NCBI GenBank assembly: GCA_963740315.1
Contig: CAVUDP010000001.1
Span: 672,001 to 736,000 of the forward strand
Direction of reading: 5' to 3'
DNA length: 64,000 bases
DNA from: an uncultured cyanobacterium
GTDB taxonomy: Bacteria > Cyanobacteriota > Cyanobacteriia > Cyanobacteriales > Nostocaceae
Numbering within the stretch: the stretch's first letter is position 1; the number at the start of each line of letters is the position of its first letter. This document shows positions 1 through 10,063 of the stretch, in pieces. A program made the translations under genes and the position numbers. The notes beneath the pieces are model-generated. The model worked only from the letters and a program-made list of their open reading frames with translations, did no database searches and was not told the origin of the DNA.

Positions 1-3000
1 CCGCCGTTCCAGATTATTTTTTTACTTTAATAAACGGACAAAAGTTTATTGTTGAGGATGTTGCTCAAGATAAACGTTTAGCATCTTTAACATCCGATAT
101 TTTAAAATTTGGCAATCAAGCTATTTTAGAAATACCCTTAAAAGATTCAAGTGGCTTGATTGGTATACTTGGTTTTTATTCCTCGCAACCCCGGAAGTGG
201 AGCGAGTATGAAATTAATACAATTACTGAAGTTGCTAACTATTTAATTGTAGCGATTCAAGATATTCAAAGTCAGCAAGAAAATAAACGAATTCAAATAG
301 AACTTAAAGAAAGTGAAGCATTTTTACGGACGCTTTATGAGGTAGCAGTAGCTCGTAATTTCGATTTTGAACAACGGATTCAATATTTATTAGCAATGGG
401 ATGTCAAACATTTGGTTTGGAGTTTGGCATTTTGGCGCAAATTGAAGATAACCGCTATAACGTAACTATAGCAAAGACTCCGGATGATTCTCTGTGTGCG
501 GGATATAGTGTGGAATTGGAGCAAACTTTGTCTTCCGAAGTGCTGGAAAATGATGAACCTTTGATAATTACACATAGTAAAAATTCTTCTTGGTGCAATC
601 ATCCCGGCTATATAAGATTTGGTATGGAATCTTATATCGGGGCACGGGTATTAGTCGCAGGTAAAGTTCACAGTACTCTTTCGTTTGCTAGCCTCAAACC
701 GCGACAGCAAAAGTTTCAAAATGCATACAGGGGATTATTAAAGTTAATGGCGCAATGGGTTGGTAGCCAAATTGAACGCGAACAAGCAGAACAAGCTTTG
801 AAACAACAATTTCATCGCGCTTTGTTACTCAAACAAATTACCAATGAAGTTCGCCGCAGTTTAGATGCAAAACAAATTTTTGAAACTACTGCAATTCAAA
901 TTGCAAATGCTTTTAAGGTGAATCGCTGTTTAATTCATAAGTATATACCGGCTTCGATTAATCAGATTCCTACTGTGGTGGAATATTTAGAACCAGGGAT
1001 ACCTTCGATGCGACACTATCAAATACCAATCGTTGGTAATCCTCACGCTGAGAAAATGTTATCTCAAGATAGCGCGATCGCAACATCAAATGTTTTTACG
1101 GAACCTTTATTAGCAGCTGCTAGAGATATCTGTGCGGAAATGCAAATCAAATCTATGTTGGCAATTCGCACTTCCTATCAAGGTGAATGTAATGGCGTTA
1201 TCGGATTGCATCAATGTAATTATTATCGTCAGTGGACTAGGGATGAAATTGAGTTATTAGAATCTGTCGCCGCTCAGGTGGGAATTGCTCTTGCTCAAGC
1301 TCATCTTTTGGAACAAGAAACTCAACAAAAACAGGAACTCACGATCAAAAATAGTCAGTTGGAACAAGCAAAACTTGGTGCTGAAGCTGCTAACCGAGCG
1401 AAAAGTGAGTTTTTAGCAATGATGAGTCATGAAATCCGCACGCCAATGAATGCGGTGATTGGTATGAGCGGGCTGTTGCTGGATATGGATTTGACTCCCC
1501 GACAGTTGGATTTTGTCGAAACTATCCGCAGCAGCAGCGATACATTGCTAGCTATTATTAACGATATTTTAGATTTTTCTAAAATTGAATCGGATATGTT
1601 GGATTTGGAGAAAATTCAGTTTAATTTACGTAATTGTGTAGAAGAATCTTTAGATTTATTAACTTCTCAAGCTGCGGCTAAAAACTTAAATTTAGCGTAC
1701 ACGATCGATTCCCAAACTCCAACTTGCATTATTGGAGATGTAACGCGAGTGCGACAAATTTTAACGAATTTACTGACTAATGCGGTTAAATTTACCCAAG
1801 TTGGTGAAGTGGTTGTTTCTGTAACTGCAAAACAATTAAACAGTAATTTATCAACAAATAATTATCAAATTCAATTTGCCGTTAAGGATACGGGGATTGG
1901 TATTCCTGAAGATAGAATCAACCGATTATTTAAACCGTTTACCCAAATTGATGCTTCTATGACTCGTCAATATGGCGGTACTGGATTGGGTTTAGCAATC
2001 AGCAAACGCTTAAGCGAAATCATGGATGGTAGGATGTGGGTGGAAAGTACTTACGGAGTCGGTTCTACATTTTATTTTACGATTGCAGGCGAGTCAGCAC
2101 CAAATTGCATTACCAATCTTGACGATATTCAACCAAATATAGCTGGTAAACGGTTGTTGGTAGTAGACGACAATGATACCAACCGCAAAATTTTAGCTTT
2201 ACAAATACAGAAATGGGGAGTAACTGTTCTCACTGCTGAATCTGGTTTGCAAGCTTTGCAGTTGATTAATTCCGGGGAACAATTTGATATGGCGATCGTG
2301 GATATGCGAATGCCGCGAATGGATGGTTTAAGTTTGTGTTCGCATATTCATTCTATACCCGGTTACGAACAACTACCCGTAGTAATTTTGAGTTGTGTGG
2401 ATGGATTAACTCAACAACAAGCAGCCAAATCAGAATTTGTTGCCCTACTTAATAAACCAATCAAACAATCCCAACTTTACGATACCTGCGTTCGTATTTT
2501 ATGCGGCAAACAGATTTCCATTTTATCTTGCACATCCCCGCCGTCTAAATTTGATTCGCAATTAAGTGAAAAACTACCATTGAGTATTCTTTTAGTAGAA
2601 GATATGCCTTTAAATCAAAAGGTAGCTTTACATATGTTAGAGCGATTGGGCTATCATGCGGACGTGGCTAGTAATGGATTGGAAGCCCTCTCCTGTTTGC
2701 GCCGTCAAGATTACGATCTTGTTTTCATGGACGTACAAATGCCGGAAATGGACGGATTGCAAGCCACTCGCTGTATCTGCAAAGAATGGTTGCCCCCATT
2801 ACGTCCTTGGATTGTTGCCATTACTGCCAACGCCATGTATGGTGACAGGGAAGAATGTCTCAATGCGGGAATGAATGATTACATTAGTAAACCCATTCGC
2901 GTTGATGCTTTGATTGAAATTTTCAATAACTATAAAAATTTACAGCAACCATTAGATCGAGACTCAGATTCTACTGCTGTGGTGAAGAAAGAAAAATCGG

Positions 3001-3377
3001 AATCGATCGCCCCCGCAGTTATTGATGCTGATATTTTGCAAGATTTAAAAGATATGGCAGGCGATGATGCGGATGAAATGATGGCGGAATTAATTGATAG
3101 TTACTTTGAAGATGCACCGCCGGAACTACAAGGAATTTGCCGTGCCCTGGATAAGGATGATGCTGAAAGTCTACGTAATTCTGCCCATGCCTTGAGATCC
3201 CTAAGCATCACCATTGGTGCCCTATCGCTCGCTCAGGTATGCACCCAATTAGAAACCATAGGTCGTTCTGGAACTACATTCGGTGCTTCTACTTTAATTA
3301 AAAAACTTGATACAGAGTACCAACAGGTAGAAGCAGCTTTGCAACAACATTATCCTATTAGGAAACATCATGAATAA
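1..3377 (+). CDS. Multi-GAF hybrid sensor histidine kinase (GAFs-HisKA-HATPase-REC-REC-Hpt), 5'-truncated by the window edge
   Basis: Frame is open from position 3 ([20 protein letters not shown]..., GAF-like). H-box [20 protein letters not shown]-box [11 protein letters not shown]-boxes DTGIGI and GGTGLGLAI, two receivers (VDMRMP, MDVQMP), Hpt AHALRS. Confidence 0.92.
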   Translation, partial: AVPDYFFTLINGQKFIVEDVAQDKRLASLTSDILKFGNQAILEIPLKDSSGLIGILGFYSSQPRKWSEYEINTITEVANYLIVAIQDIQSQQENKRIQIELKESEAFLRTLYEVAVARNFDFEQRIQYLLAMGCQTFGLEFGILAQIEDNRYNVTIAKTPDDSLCAGYSVELEQTLSSEVLENDEPLIITHSKNSSWCNHPGYIRFGMESYIGARVLVAGKVHSTLSFASLKPRQQKFQNAYRGLLKLMAQWVGSQIEREQAEQALKQQFHRALLLKQITNEVRRSLDAKQIFETTAIQIANAFKVNRCLIHKYIPASINQIPTVVEYLEPGIPSMRHYQIPIVGNPHAEKMLSQDSAIATSNVFTEPLLAAARDICAEMQIKSMLAIRTSYQGECNGVIGLHQCNYYRQWTRDEIELLESVAAQVGIALAQAHLLEQETQQKQELTIKNSQLEQAKLGAEAANRAKSEFLAMMSHEIRTPMNAVIGMSGLLLDMDLTPRQLDFVETIRSSSDTLLAIINDILDFSKIESDMLDLEKIQFNLRNCVEESLDLLTSQAAAKNLNLAYTIDSQTPTCIIGDVTRVRQILTNLLTNAVKFTQVGEVVVSVTAKQLNSNLSTNNYQIQFAVKDTGIGIPEDRINRLFKPFTQIDASMTRQYGGTGLGLAISKRLSEIMDGRMWVESTYGVGSTFYFTIAGESAPNCITNLDDIQPNIAGKRLLVVDDNDTNRKILALQIQKWGVTVLTAESGLQALQLINSGEQFDMAIVDMRMPRMDGLSLCSHIHSIPGYEQLPVVILSCVDGLTQQQAAKSEFVALLNKPIKQSQLYDTCVRILCGKQISILSCTSPPSKFDSQLSEKLPLSILLVEDMPLNQKVALHMLERLGYHADVASNGLEALSCLRRQDYDLVFMDVQMPEMDGLQATRCICKEWLPPLRPWIVAITANAMYGDREECLNAGMNDYISKPIRVDALIEIFNNYKNLQQPLDRDSDSTAVVKKEKSESIAPAVIDADILQDLKDMAGDDADEMMAELIDSYFEDAPPELQGICRALDKDDAESLRNSAHALRSLSITIGALSLAQVCTQLETIGRSGTTFGASTLIKKLDTEYQQVEAALQQHYPIRKHHE

Positions 3378-4308
3378 CCCCGATCGCAATAAGCCACCCC
3401 AAATTCTGATCGTAGACGATCAAAAAACTTTACGATTAGTTCTGCGTAAAGCAATAGAGAAGCAGGGATATCAGGTAATAGAAGCCTGTAACGGACAACA
3501 TTGTTTAGATATCTGTCAAAAACAAACGCCAGACATGATTTTACTCGATGCCATGATGCCCGCAATGGATGGCTTTGAATGCTGTACCAAATTGCAAACA
3601 CTTATGGGCGATCGCTGTCCGCCGATTTTAATGATAACAGTTCTCGATGACCAAGAATCAGTTGAACGAGCTTTACAGGTAGGAGCGAGCGACTATATTA
3701 CAAAACCTATTGATTGGGATTTACTTGGACGTAGAGTTAGTCGTTTATTAACATCTAGATGGGCAATATTAGAAACTCGTCATCAAATTGAACGAGAATG
3801 TCGATTAACAGTAAGTTTAGAAACAGCAAATCGAGAATTACAAAGTCTTTCTTCTAGCGATGTTTTAACTAAAGTTGCCAGTCGTGCCTACTTTAAGGAA
3901 TACTTGCAGCGCGAATGGAAGCGATTGCAAAAGTATCAATTACCTCTTGCTTTAATTCTGTGTAAAATTGATTTTTCAAACTTAGATCATCAAGTTAAAG
4001 ATGAATATTTGCGTCAAATTGCTGACACTATGTGTAAATGCAAAAAGCACTCCACCGATTTCGTTGCTCGCTACGATGATGAAAAATTTGCAATAATTTT
4101 AGCGAATACCCAAACCGAAGAAGCAGCAGAAGTAGTCCAAACGATTCAAAACTCTATTAAAGCCTTAGATATAGAAAGCAAACTTTTAAACTTTAATTTT
4201 GGAATTGCCAGCATGATTCCGTCTGCCGAATCATCTGCATATAAATTAGTTAAAAATGCCGAAGAACAGTTATCAACGAACAATGAACAAGTATCAATTA
4301 TCAATTAA
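3370..4308 (+). CDS. Response regulator with degenerate GGDEF domain
   Basis: REC (ILIVDD, LLDAMMP, KP) followed by a GGDEF-like fold with RYDDEKF at the signature position. Overlaps the kinase stop codon. Confidence 0.85.
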   Translation: MNNPDRNKPPQILIVDDQKTLRLVLRKAIEKQGYQVIEACNGQHCLDICQKQTPDMILLDAMMPAMDGFECCTKLQTLMGDRCPPILMITVLDDQESVERALQVGASDYITKPIDWDLLGRRVSRLLTSRWAILETRHQIERECRLTVSLETANRELQSLSSSDVLTKVASRAYFKEYLQREWKRLQKYQLPLALILCKIDFSNLDHQVKDEYLRQIADTMCKCKKHSTDFVARYDDEKFAIILANTQTEEAAEVVQTIQNSIKALDIESKLLNFNFGIASMIPSAESSAYKLVKNAEEQLSTNNEQVSIIN

Positions 4309-4331
4309 CGATGGTTAGTAGTTAGTGATTT

Positions 4332-4639
4332 GTAGAGTGTGTGACGGCTACGAGCTATTATAAAAGCAAACTAAATACATTAATATTGCCGTCACGCACC
4401 AAATTCATCTAAAAAATTAACAGTCATTGTTTGTATAGCCCCACTCTTCCAAGGTTACGGGTAAAATGTTTTTTTAAATTGCGATGCTCCCGATGGGCTT
4501 CTGCATAGGATTTTATTCCCAAGCACTTTAGAGGAAGAGGAATTGTGATTTGTTGATTATTAATTGTTTTGGTGCGTGACGGCAATCTTAGTTTATTTGT
4601 TGGGTTTTGATAATTCCTCGTAGCCGTCACACACCCTAC
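4332..4639. repeat. Inverted pair of GTAG-type REP-like palindromes (REPIN-like)
   Basis: gtagagtgtgtgacggctac...gccgtcacgcacc at 4332-4400 and inverted ggtgcgtgacggc...gtagccgtcacacaccctac at 4570-4639. Related copies near 54240-54320, 56379-56490, 56640-56700 and 63085-63150. Confidence 0.7.
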
Positions 4640-4682
4640 AAGCAATTATTTGATAATTGTTCATTGATAATTGATAACTGAT

Positions 4683-5684
4683 TCAACCTAAATAAACAAT
4701 ATACATACCGCCAATATATAAAATAATTATCCCCAAAACATCATAAGTAAGATACAGCCTTGATGGACGTGTGGCGCGGTAAATTAATCCGACAATTGCC
4801 AGAGAAGTCATCATCATTGCGATAATCGCGGTGAAAATATGCACGCTGCCTATTTTTGCCCATAAATCACCTTTCATATAAACAACGTCGTAAACTCCCA
4901 AAATTGCCATATTAAAAATATTGGAACCAAAAACGTTAGAAATTGCTAAATCAACAGCATCCAATCGTACCGCAGCGATTCCAGCAGCAACTTCCGGAAG
5001 TGACGTGGTGATCGCGATTAACAACGAACCAATAAAACTTTCTTCCAACCCCGTTGCTTGCACTACTCTGTCTCCCAACCAAGCCAACCATACTCCAAGT
5101 ATTACGATCGCCAACGAACATAAAGCAAACATTAAATACGCTTTTCGCGGTTTAACGTGCGCGTATTCAAAAGCTTCACTTTCTTGCTCTAACACTTCGT
5201 TGCGTCGCCTCGATTCAAATTTGGCAATCAAACGAGCGCTTATTAAGTAAAGTACGATTAGCACGATCGTCGGAATACCAACCCAACCCAATACTGGATC
5301 TAAGCCTTTACCCGCCAAAAATATCCCAGCCGCAGCAACACCTAACATCAAGCTACCCAAACCAGCCGCTAACCCGTGACTAATCTGCGCTTGTTGAAAA
5401 AGCGGACCACCTCCGGTAATAATATCTAATATTGCTAGAATCATTAAATTAAACAAGCAGCTACCAAAAATACCTCCGGCAGCTAAATTTGGCGCATCCA
5501 GATAATTAACCGCACTCACACCAGTAGCCAACTCTGGTAAAGAAGTACTGCCAGCCAGCAAAATAGCACCTACCCAATTACGTCCCAAACCACTCTTCTC
5601 AGCCACCATATCGGCGCTTTGCGAAAGTTTTGAACTTACTGCTATCACCAGCGCTATACATATAATGACTTGAATCCAAAGCAT
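4683..5684 (-). CDS. Sodium:calcium (CaCA/YrbG family) antiporter
   Basis: Two alpha-repeats GSTSLPEL and ITTSLPEV, GSNIFN motif, about 10 hydrophobic segments. Confidence 0.9.
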   Translation of the reverse strand: MLWIQVIICIALVIAVSSKLSQSADMVAEKSGLGRNWVGAILLAGSTSLPELATGVSAVNYLDAPNLAAGGIFGSCLFNLMILAILDIITGGGPLFQQAQISHGLAAGLGSLMLGVAAAGIFLAGKGLDPVLGWVGIPTIVLIVLYLISARLIAKFESRRRNEVLEQESEAFEYAHVKPRKAYLMFALCSLAIVILGVWLAWLGDRVVQATGLEESFIGSLLIAITTSLPEVAAGIAAVRLDAVDLAISNVFGSNIFNMAILGVYDVVYMKGDLWAKIGSVHIFTAIIAMMMTSLAIVGLIYRATRPSRLYLTYDVLGIIILYIGGMYIVYLG

Positions 5685-5775
5685 TTAGGACTTCCCCCGG
5701 TTACGCTGTTTATCAGATGATATGTTATTACTTCCCAACGCGAATTGTAATGTATTCATTCGTAATTCGTAATTA

Positions 5776-6031
5776 AATTGGGAATTAGGGATTGGGGATT
5801 GGGAATTGGGCATTGGAAATTGGGAATAGTTAGGAATTACGAATTATAGTAATTCCAATTCATTTAAGTAGTGGGAGCATCAAGTTGATTTCAGTAGTGG
5901 GAGCATCCTGCTCCCTTGGACTAGCTAGGGAGCATCTTGCTCCCACTACCAACCATCTCCCCATCTCCTTGTCTCCCCATCTCCTTGTCTCCCCATCCCC
6001 CCATCTCCCCATCCCCCCATCTCCCCATCCC
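5776..6031. repeat. STRR heptamer/octamer tracts plus a REP-like double hairpin
   Basis: gggaatt/ggggatt repeats 5776-5826; gtagtgggagcatcctgctccc...gggagcatcttgctcccactac 5894-5949; ccccatct repeats 5955-6031. Confidence 0.85.
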
Positions 6032-6904
6032 TCACTCACTATCTTCCATATTCATCAACCGGGGATAAGGCAAATTGTGTTTGGTGAATTCTCGTTTGGC
6101 TCTTCTTGTCAAGTCGGTTTTGTAAATAAATTCATCTCGTGCATCTAGAGGATAACTTTTGAGTTTAAACAAGGTTCCCCAAGGTTTTTCTTCTACAATT
6201 ACTAAAATCGGAAGTTTTAAATACGTGTATTTACTGGTATGCGCGACTCTATACAATGTTTTTTTTACTAATTCAACATCTATCTCGTGTGCAAAGTAAA
6301 ACTCGGTGATTACCTGGGCTTCCAACTCACCCATGTTGGCATTAGATACGGCAGTTGTCCAGATTTTATTGTGGGGTATGGTAACAACGTTATCCTCTGG
6401 GGTTTGTAAGCGGATTCCCCTAAGTCCATAACCAATCACCTCACCGTAAAAATCTTCGATTTGAATGCGATCGCCAACTCGGTAGGGTGCTTCAAATAAA
6501 CCGATGATTCCGGCAATAATTGAACTTACGTAGTCTTTGAAGGCAAAACCTAATGCTACTGCGACGGTACCCGTAACTGCAATTAAGTTTTCGCGGGATA
6601 TATTTAAAAATAAGTTCATTAATAATACGATGGTGAAAGTTAAAACCATCATTCTAAAAAAAGGTAAAAATTGCTTCACTCGCAATCGCCATTCTTTAGC
6701 AACTTGTTCGGATAACCAAATAATTAATTTGTCAATAACTTTGATAGTAATATAGGAAATTGCGACAACAATCAATCCTTGACCAATTTTCCAAGTTGTA
6801 ATTTTAGTGATGAGTTGTTTAGTTTGTTCGGCGGTTTCTTTAGCTGCATCATCGGCAGATTGAGCTAAAACGAAATTAATAAAATTAAAATATAGAGTAT
6901 TCAT
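6032..6904 (-). CDS. Small-conductance mechanosensitive channel (MscS family)
   Basis: ALGFAFKD..S, PYRVGDRIQI, G.VIGYGLRGIRLQT, VTIPH motifs. Start moved to ATG 6904 because the ORF-track extension is translated STRR. Confidence 0.88.
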   Translation of the reverse strand: MNTLYFNFINFVLAQSADDAAKETAEQTKQLITKITTWKIGQGLIVVAISYITIKVIDKLIIWLSEQVAKEWRLRVKQFLPFFRMMVLTFTIVLLMNLFLNISRENLIAVTGTVAVALGFAFKDYVSSIIAGIIGLFEAPYRVGDRIQIEDFYGEVIGYGLRGIRLQTPEDNVVTIPHNKIWTTAVSNANMGELEAQVITEFYFAHEIDVELVKKTLYRVAHTSKYTYLKLPILVIVEEKPWGTLFKLKSYPLDARDEFIYKTDLTRRAKREFTKHNLPYPRLMNMEDSE

Positions 6905-6936
6905 ATTATGTCGGTTTAAACGCTTGTCATATTTGT

Positions 6937-7076
6937 GATGGGGGAGAGGGGGTAGAGGGGGGAGATGGGGAGATGGGGTTCGGGGGAGATGGGGAGACAA
7001 GGAGATGGGGAGATAATATTTATTTATTATTAACTCTTAACTCAATACTCAATACTCAATACTCAATACTCAATAC
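6937..7076. repeat. STRR tracts (gggagatg; ctcaata x5)
   Basis: Direct tandem short repeats visible in the sequence. Confidence 0.85.
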
Positions 7077-7084
7077 TTTACCAA

Positions 7085-8263
7085 TTAGTCAGATTCATAA
7101 ATAATAAAGTTGTTATTTGCTAATTCATTTTTTAGTCGGGGATAATGAATTGGGTTAATAGTTAGTATTTCATGTTTTTGCTCTACCAAACCTTTACGGC
7201 GCAACCTTTGTACTTGTCCTTTAACTAAAGTTTTTTCGTCTCCCAAACTCTCGCTAAGTGCGGATAAATTTAAATCGCCGTGTAACAATAAAGAATATAA
7301 AATATAGTGTTCGTCTGCACTTAAATGCGGTAAATTAGGTAATTCCGGATTTTGGGCTTCGAGAATTCCTTCGGTGTTATCGCTTTCGGGGTTGTCAGAA
7401 TCTTCAGGTTGATAGCGGATTGAACTTAAAAACACTTGTACGGCTACGGTATTTACTCCTTCGCTTAAATCTGCTAATTTTTCAAAATATCTACTTTCAC
7501 GACTTTCATCTTCTTCATTATTATTAGGAAATTCTATATTAGGTTTAGCAAAACTAATTTGAAATTCATCAACAATCGGTTCAAACCATGCTTGTAGTTG
7601 TTCTCCTGTAAGTCTGGGTAACTCTAAATAATCGCCACAATAAGCTTTAAAATGAGAAACATGATCGAGGTATTCCCAACCAACTTTACCCGCACCAATT
7701 ACCCAAAATCGAGAATCATCTTGAAGCAGCACATCTTGTAAATAATCAATTCCTTCTAAGCCATCAACGCAGCGCAAAAAACACCAGCTTAAATTAGTAA
7801 TAACAACAACTTCCGGCTGTTTTGATGTTGTTACCAATCCTCTACCTAATTGGTGCTGTAACTTTGTTTTAATATCTTCAGCTTTTTCTGGTCTACCAAT
7901 CCATTGTAAAGGTCGCAGTGGTATTTCTCGTTCCGATGCCCAATCCAGTAAACTTTCAGTTAAAGTACGCGACACGGTGGTTACGGGAGAACTCAAAATA
8001 ACCACAGAATTATCAGCCGCTTGGGGATTGCTGCGCCATTTCTCGAAAGCTTCATCTAAAGTTGACTGAATCGCTTCCATATCCGGGTTATCGGTAGGTA
8101 ACTCATCCACAGCTGCAATTAATTTAGATGCAAGATGCGGTGGTAGTTCAATTAATGACTTCTCAGGCTCTGGCGTTTCTTTTTCATCAGTCGTAAACCT
8201 AGACAGCAAAGTCTTCCGATTATCAAGCAACCAGGTGTGAAATCGGTTAAAAAGTGTAGCCAT
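7085..8263 (-). CDS. Hypothetical protein with degenerate AAA+-like core and C-terminal winged HTH, upstream of mscS
   Basis: 392-aa ORF. C-terminal LLLHGDLNLSALSESLG...VQRLRRKGLVEQ resembles a wHTH. No intact Walker A seen. Confidence 0.6.
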   Translation of the reverse strand: MATLFNRFHTWLLDNRKTLLSRFTTDEKETPEPEKSLIELPPHLASKLIAAVDELPTDNPDMEAIQSTLDEAFEKWRSNPQAADNSVVILSSPVTTVSRTLTESLLDWASEREIPLRPLQWIGRPEKAEDIKTKLQHQLGRGLVTTSKQPEVVVITNLSWCFLRCVDGLEGIDYLQDVLLQDDSRFWVIGAGKVGWEYLDHVSHFKAYCGDYLELPRLTGEQLQAWFEPIVDEFQISFAKPNIEFPNNNEEDESRESRYFEKLADLSEGVNTVAVQVFLSSIRYQPEDSDNPESDNTEGILEAQNPELPNLPHLSADEHYILYSLLLHGDLNLSALSESLGDEKTLVKGQVQRLRRKGLVEQKHEILTINPIHYPRLKNELANNNFIIYESD

Positions 8264-8345
8264 TCAAGCTATTTCAATCAAAAGCGTGGTTATGAGTATC
8301 CTATCGCAATAATGCTATTTCCATCTGATGTTAACTGGTAACTGT

Positions 8346-9512
8346 TTAAAGCTGATAATTATGCAACCAATCTGTAAATTCTTCCCCAGTCATCTCTTCT
8401 GGCTTTTCTTCGTTTTCTCTCTTCAATTTTTCGCTTTGGGTTTCGTAATAATGCATTTCTCCTTTTGCGCTGCGAGTTTGAATAATTTTTAGCCGAGGAA
8501 TGCGACGCTGTTCGTAATTAGCAAAAGCTTCACCGAAATCAGATGCATTTGATAAGCAGTCTGCTAGCACCCATGCATCTTCAAAAGTACTGTTTGTTCC
8601 TTGTGCTAAAGCTGGAGCCATTGGATGTGCTGCATCACCCAATAAAGTTACTCTTCCTTTACTCCAAGAATCTATTGGTTCGCGATCGCAAATTCCTCCC
8701 TCTAAAATTCTCTCCGATGGAGTTACTTCTACTAAAGAACGTAATGGTTTTCCCCATTCAGCGATTTTATCCAAAACGCGAGATTTTGCTCGATCTTTAT
8801 TTGCAGAAAGAGAATATAGTAGTGATTGTTGACGGTAAAGCCAAGCAATATCTCCATCACCAACATTTAATAAGAACATAAATTCCCTATGTCCCTTCAC
8901 AAAAGCCATCTCGCCGGGATTTAATACTTGTTGGTTGCATTTAATCACAGCACGCCATGACATACTGTTTAAATAACGAGGTTCGCCATCTGCAATTAAA
9001 TTTTCCCTAACCGCAGATTTTATACCATCTGCACCAATTAGCAAATCGGCGCGAATTGTTTCTTTACCCTCGAAATATACATCTACACCTCGATCGTCTT
9101 GGGAAAAACCAGTACAGCGATGATTGAGATGAATAATATTTCTAGGTAATTTTGATGCTAAAATTTGCTGCAATCGCCACCACCAAACTGTTATTAAAGG
9201 AAAGCCGTATTTATCAAATTTATTAGCTGGATTTGTGAGAATAGTTTCACCTTGAGTATTTTTTAAAACAGTTTGTTTTACGTGACAACCAGAATTTTTA
9301 ATTGATTCAACTATCCCAGATTCAATTGCATCCAAACTCTTCAAACCATTTGGCAGCAAACCCAAACCACCACCTACGGGACGAAAATCTTGGGCTTTCT
9401 CGTAAACTTGGACGTTGTAGCCTTTTTTGTGGAGCGCGATCGCACAAGCCAAACCTCCCAAACCAGCACCTACAATCGCGATTTTTAGCTGCTTACTTGT
9501 ATCGGTATTCAT
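8346..9512 (-). CDS. FAD-dependent monooxygenase (salicylate hydroxylase/zeaxanthin epoxidase-like)
   Basis: IVGAGLGG Rossmann motif, LIGADGIKSAVR, LLGDAAHPMAPALAQG. Confidence 0.9.
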   Translation of the reverse strand: MNTDTSKQLKIAIVGAGLGGLACAIALHKKGYNVQVYEKAQDFRPVGGGLGLLPNGLKSLDAIESGIVESIKNSGCHVKQTVLKNTQGETILTNPANKFDKYGFPLITVWWWRLQQILASKLPRNIIHLNHRCTGFSQDDRGVDVYFEGKETIRADLLIGADGIKSAVRENLIADGEPRYLNSMSWRAVIKCNQQVLNPGEMAFVKGHREFMFLLNVGDGDIAWLYRQQSLLYSLSANKDRAKSRVLDKIAEWGKPLRSLVEVTPSERILEGGICDREPIDSWSKGRVTLLGDAAHPMAPALAQGTNSTFEDAWVLADCLSNASDFGEAFANYEQRRIPRLKIIQTRSAKGEMHYYETQSEKLKRENEEKPEEMTGEEFTDWLHNYQL

Positions 9513-9655
9513 AACGCACAATTTTATAATTTAACCTAACTAATAAACAAGTTACCAGCGATCGAAGAAAAAAAACACAATTTACTAATATATGAAAGTT
9601 GAATTAATCCACCTTTCGTCTTATTTGAATCAAGCACGCTGTCGGGTTGCTGTAA

Positions 9656-9922
9656 TTACTGCACCTTAGTAGTAGTCATTACCTGTTTTAAACTATCATC
9701 ACTCGATCCTACCCACTCATAAAATTCAATCGCTTCTGAATCACAACTGTGACATCCCCCACATTTTTTCCCATCCTCCATTTTGCGGACTCGATTTTTA
9801 CGAATTAACTTACTTAGCATTCCTCGTAAAGCGTTTCCATCCATGCGAAAATGGAGTTTCATATCGGCAAGAGAAGCTTTTTTATGTTGGGAAAGGTAAT
9901 TTTGTAGTTCATTTAATATCAT
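9656..9922 (-). CDS. feoC: FeoC-like winged-helix protein
   Basis: wHTH with CGGCHSC cysteine cluster, directly downstream of feoB. Confidence 0.82.
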   Translation of the reverse strand: MILNELQNYLSQHKKASLADMKLHFRMDGNALRGMLSKLIRKNRVRKMEDGKKCGGCHSCDSEAIEFYEWVGSSDDSLKQVMTTTKVQ

Positions 9923-9940
9923 TTCTCTTCCCTCCTTTGT

Positions 9941-10063
9941 TATTAACTATTAATTAGTTTTGGCGGGTTCGTTTTCCCGAAACCATGTAGAGACGTAGCA
10001 TTGCTACGTCTCCCGACATTTACGACAAAACGAACCCATCAAAAATTATGCAATCGACCACTA
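9941..10063. repeat. MITE-like inverted-repeat shell enclosing a gtagagacgtagcattgctacgtctc palindrome
   Basis: attagttttggcgggttcgtttt ... aaaacgaacccatcaaaaattatgcaatcgac. The same core palindrome recurs at about 13512, 32297 and 63839. Confidence 0.6.

Noticed and set aside
5885..6148. 87-aa Pro/His/Ser-rich ORF and the N-terminal extension of mscS (6905-7000)
   Set aside because: Both are translations of STRR tracts.
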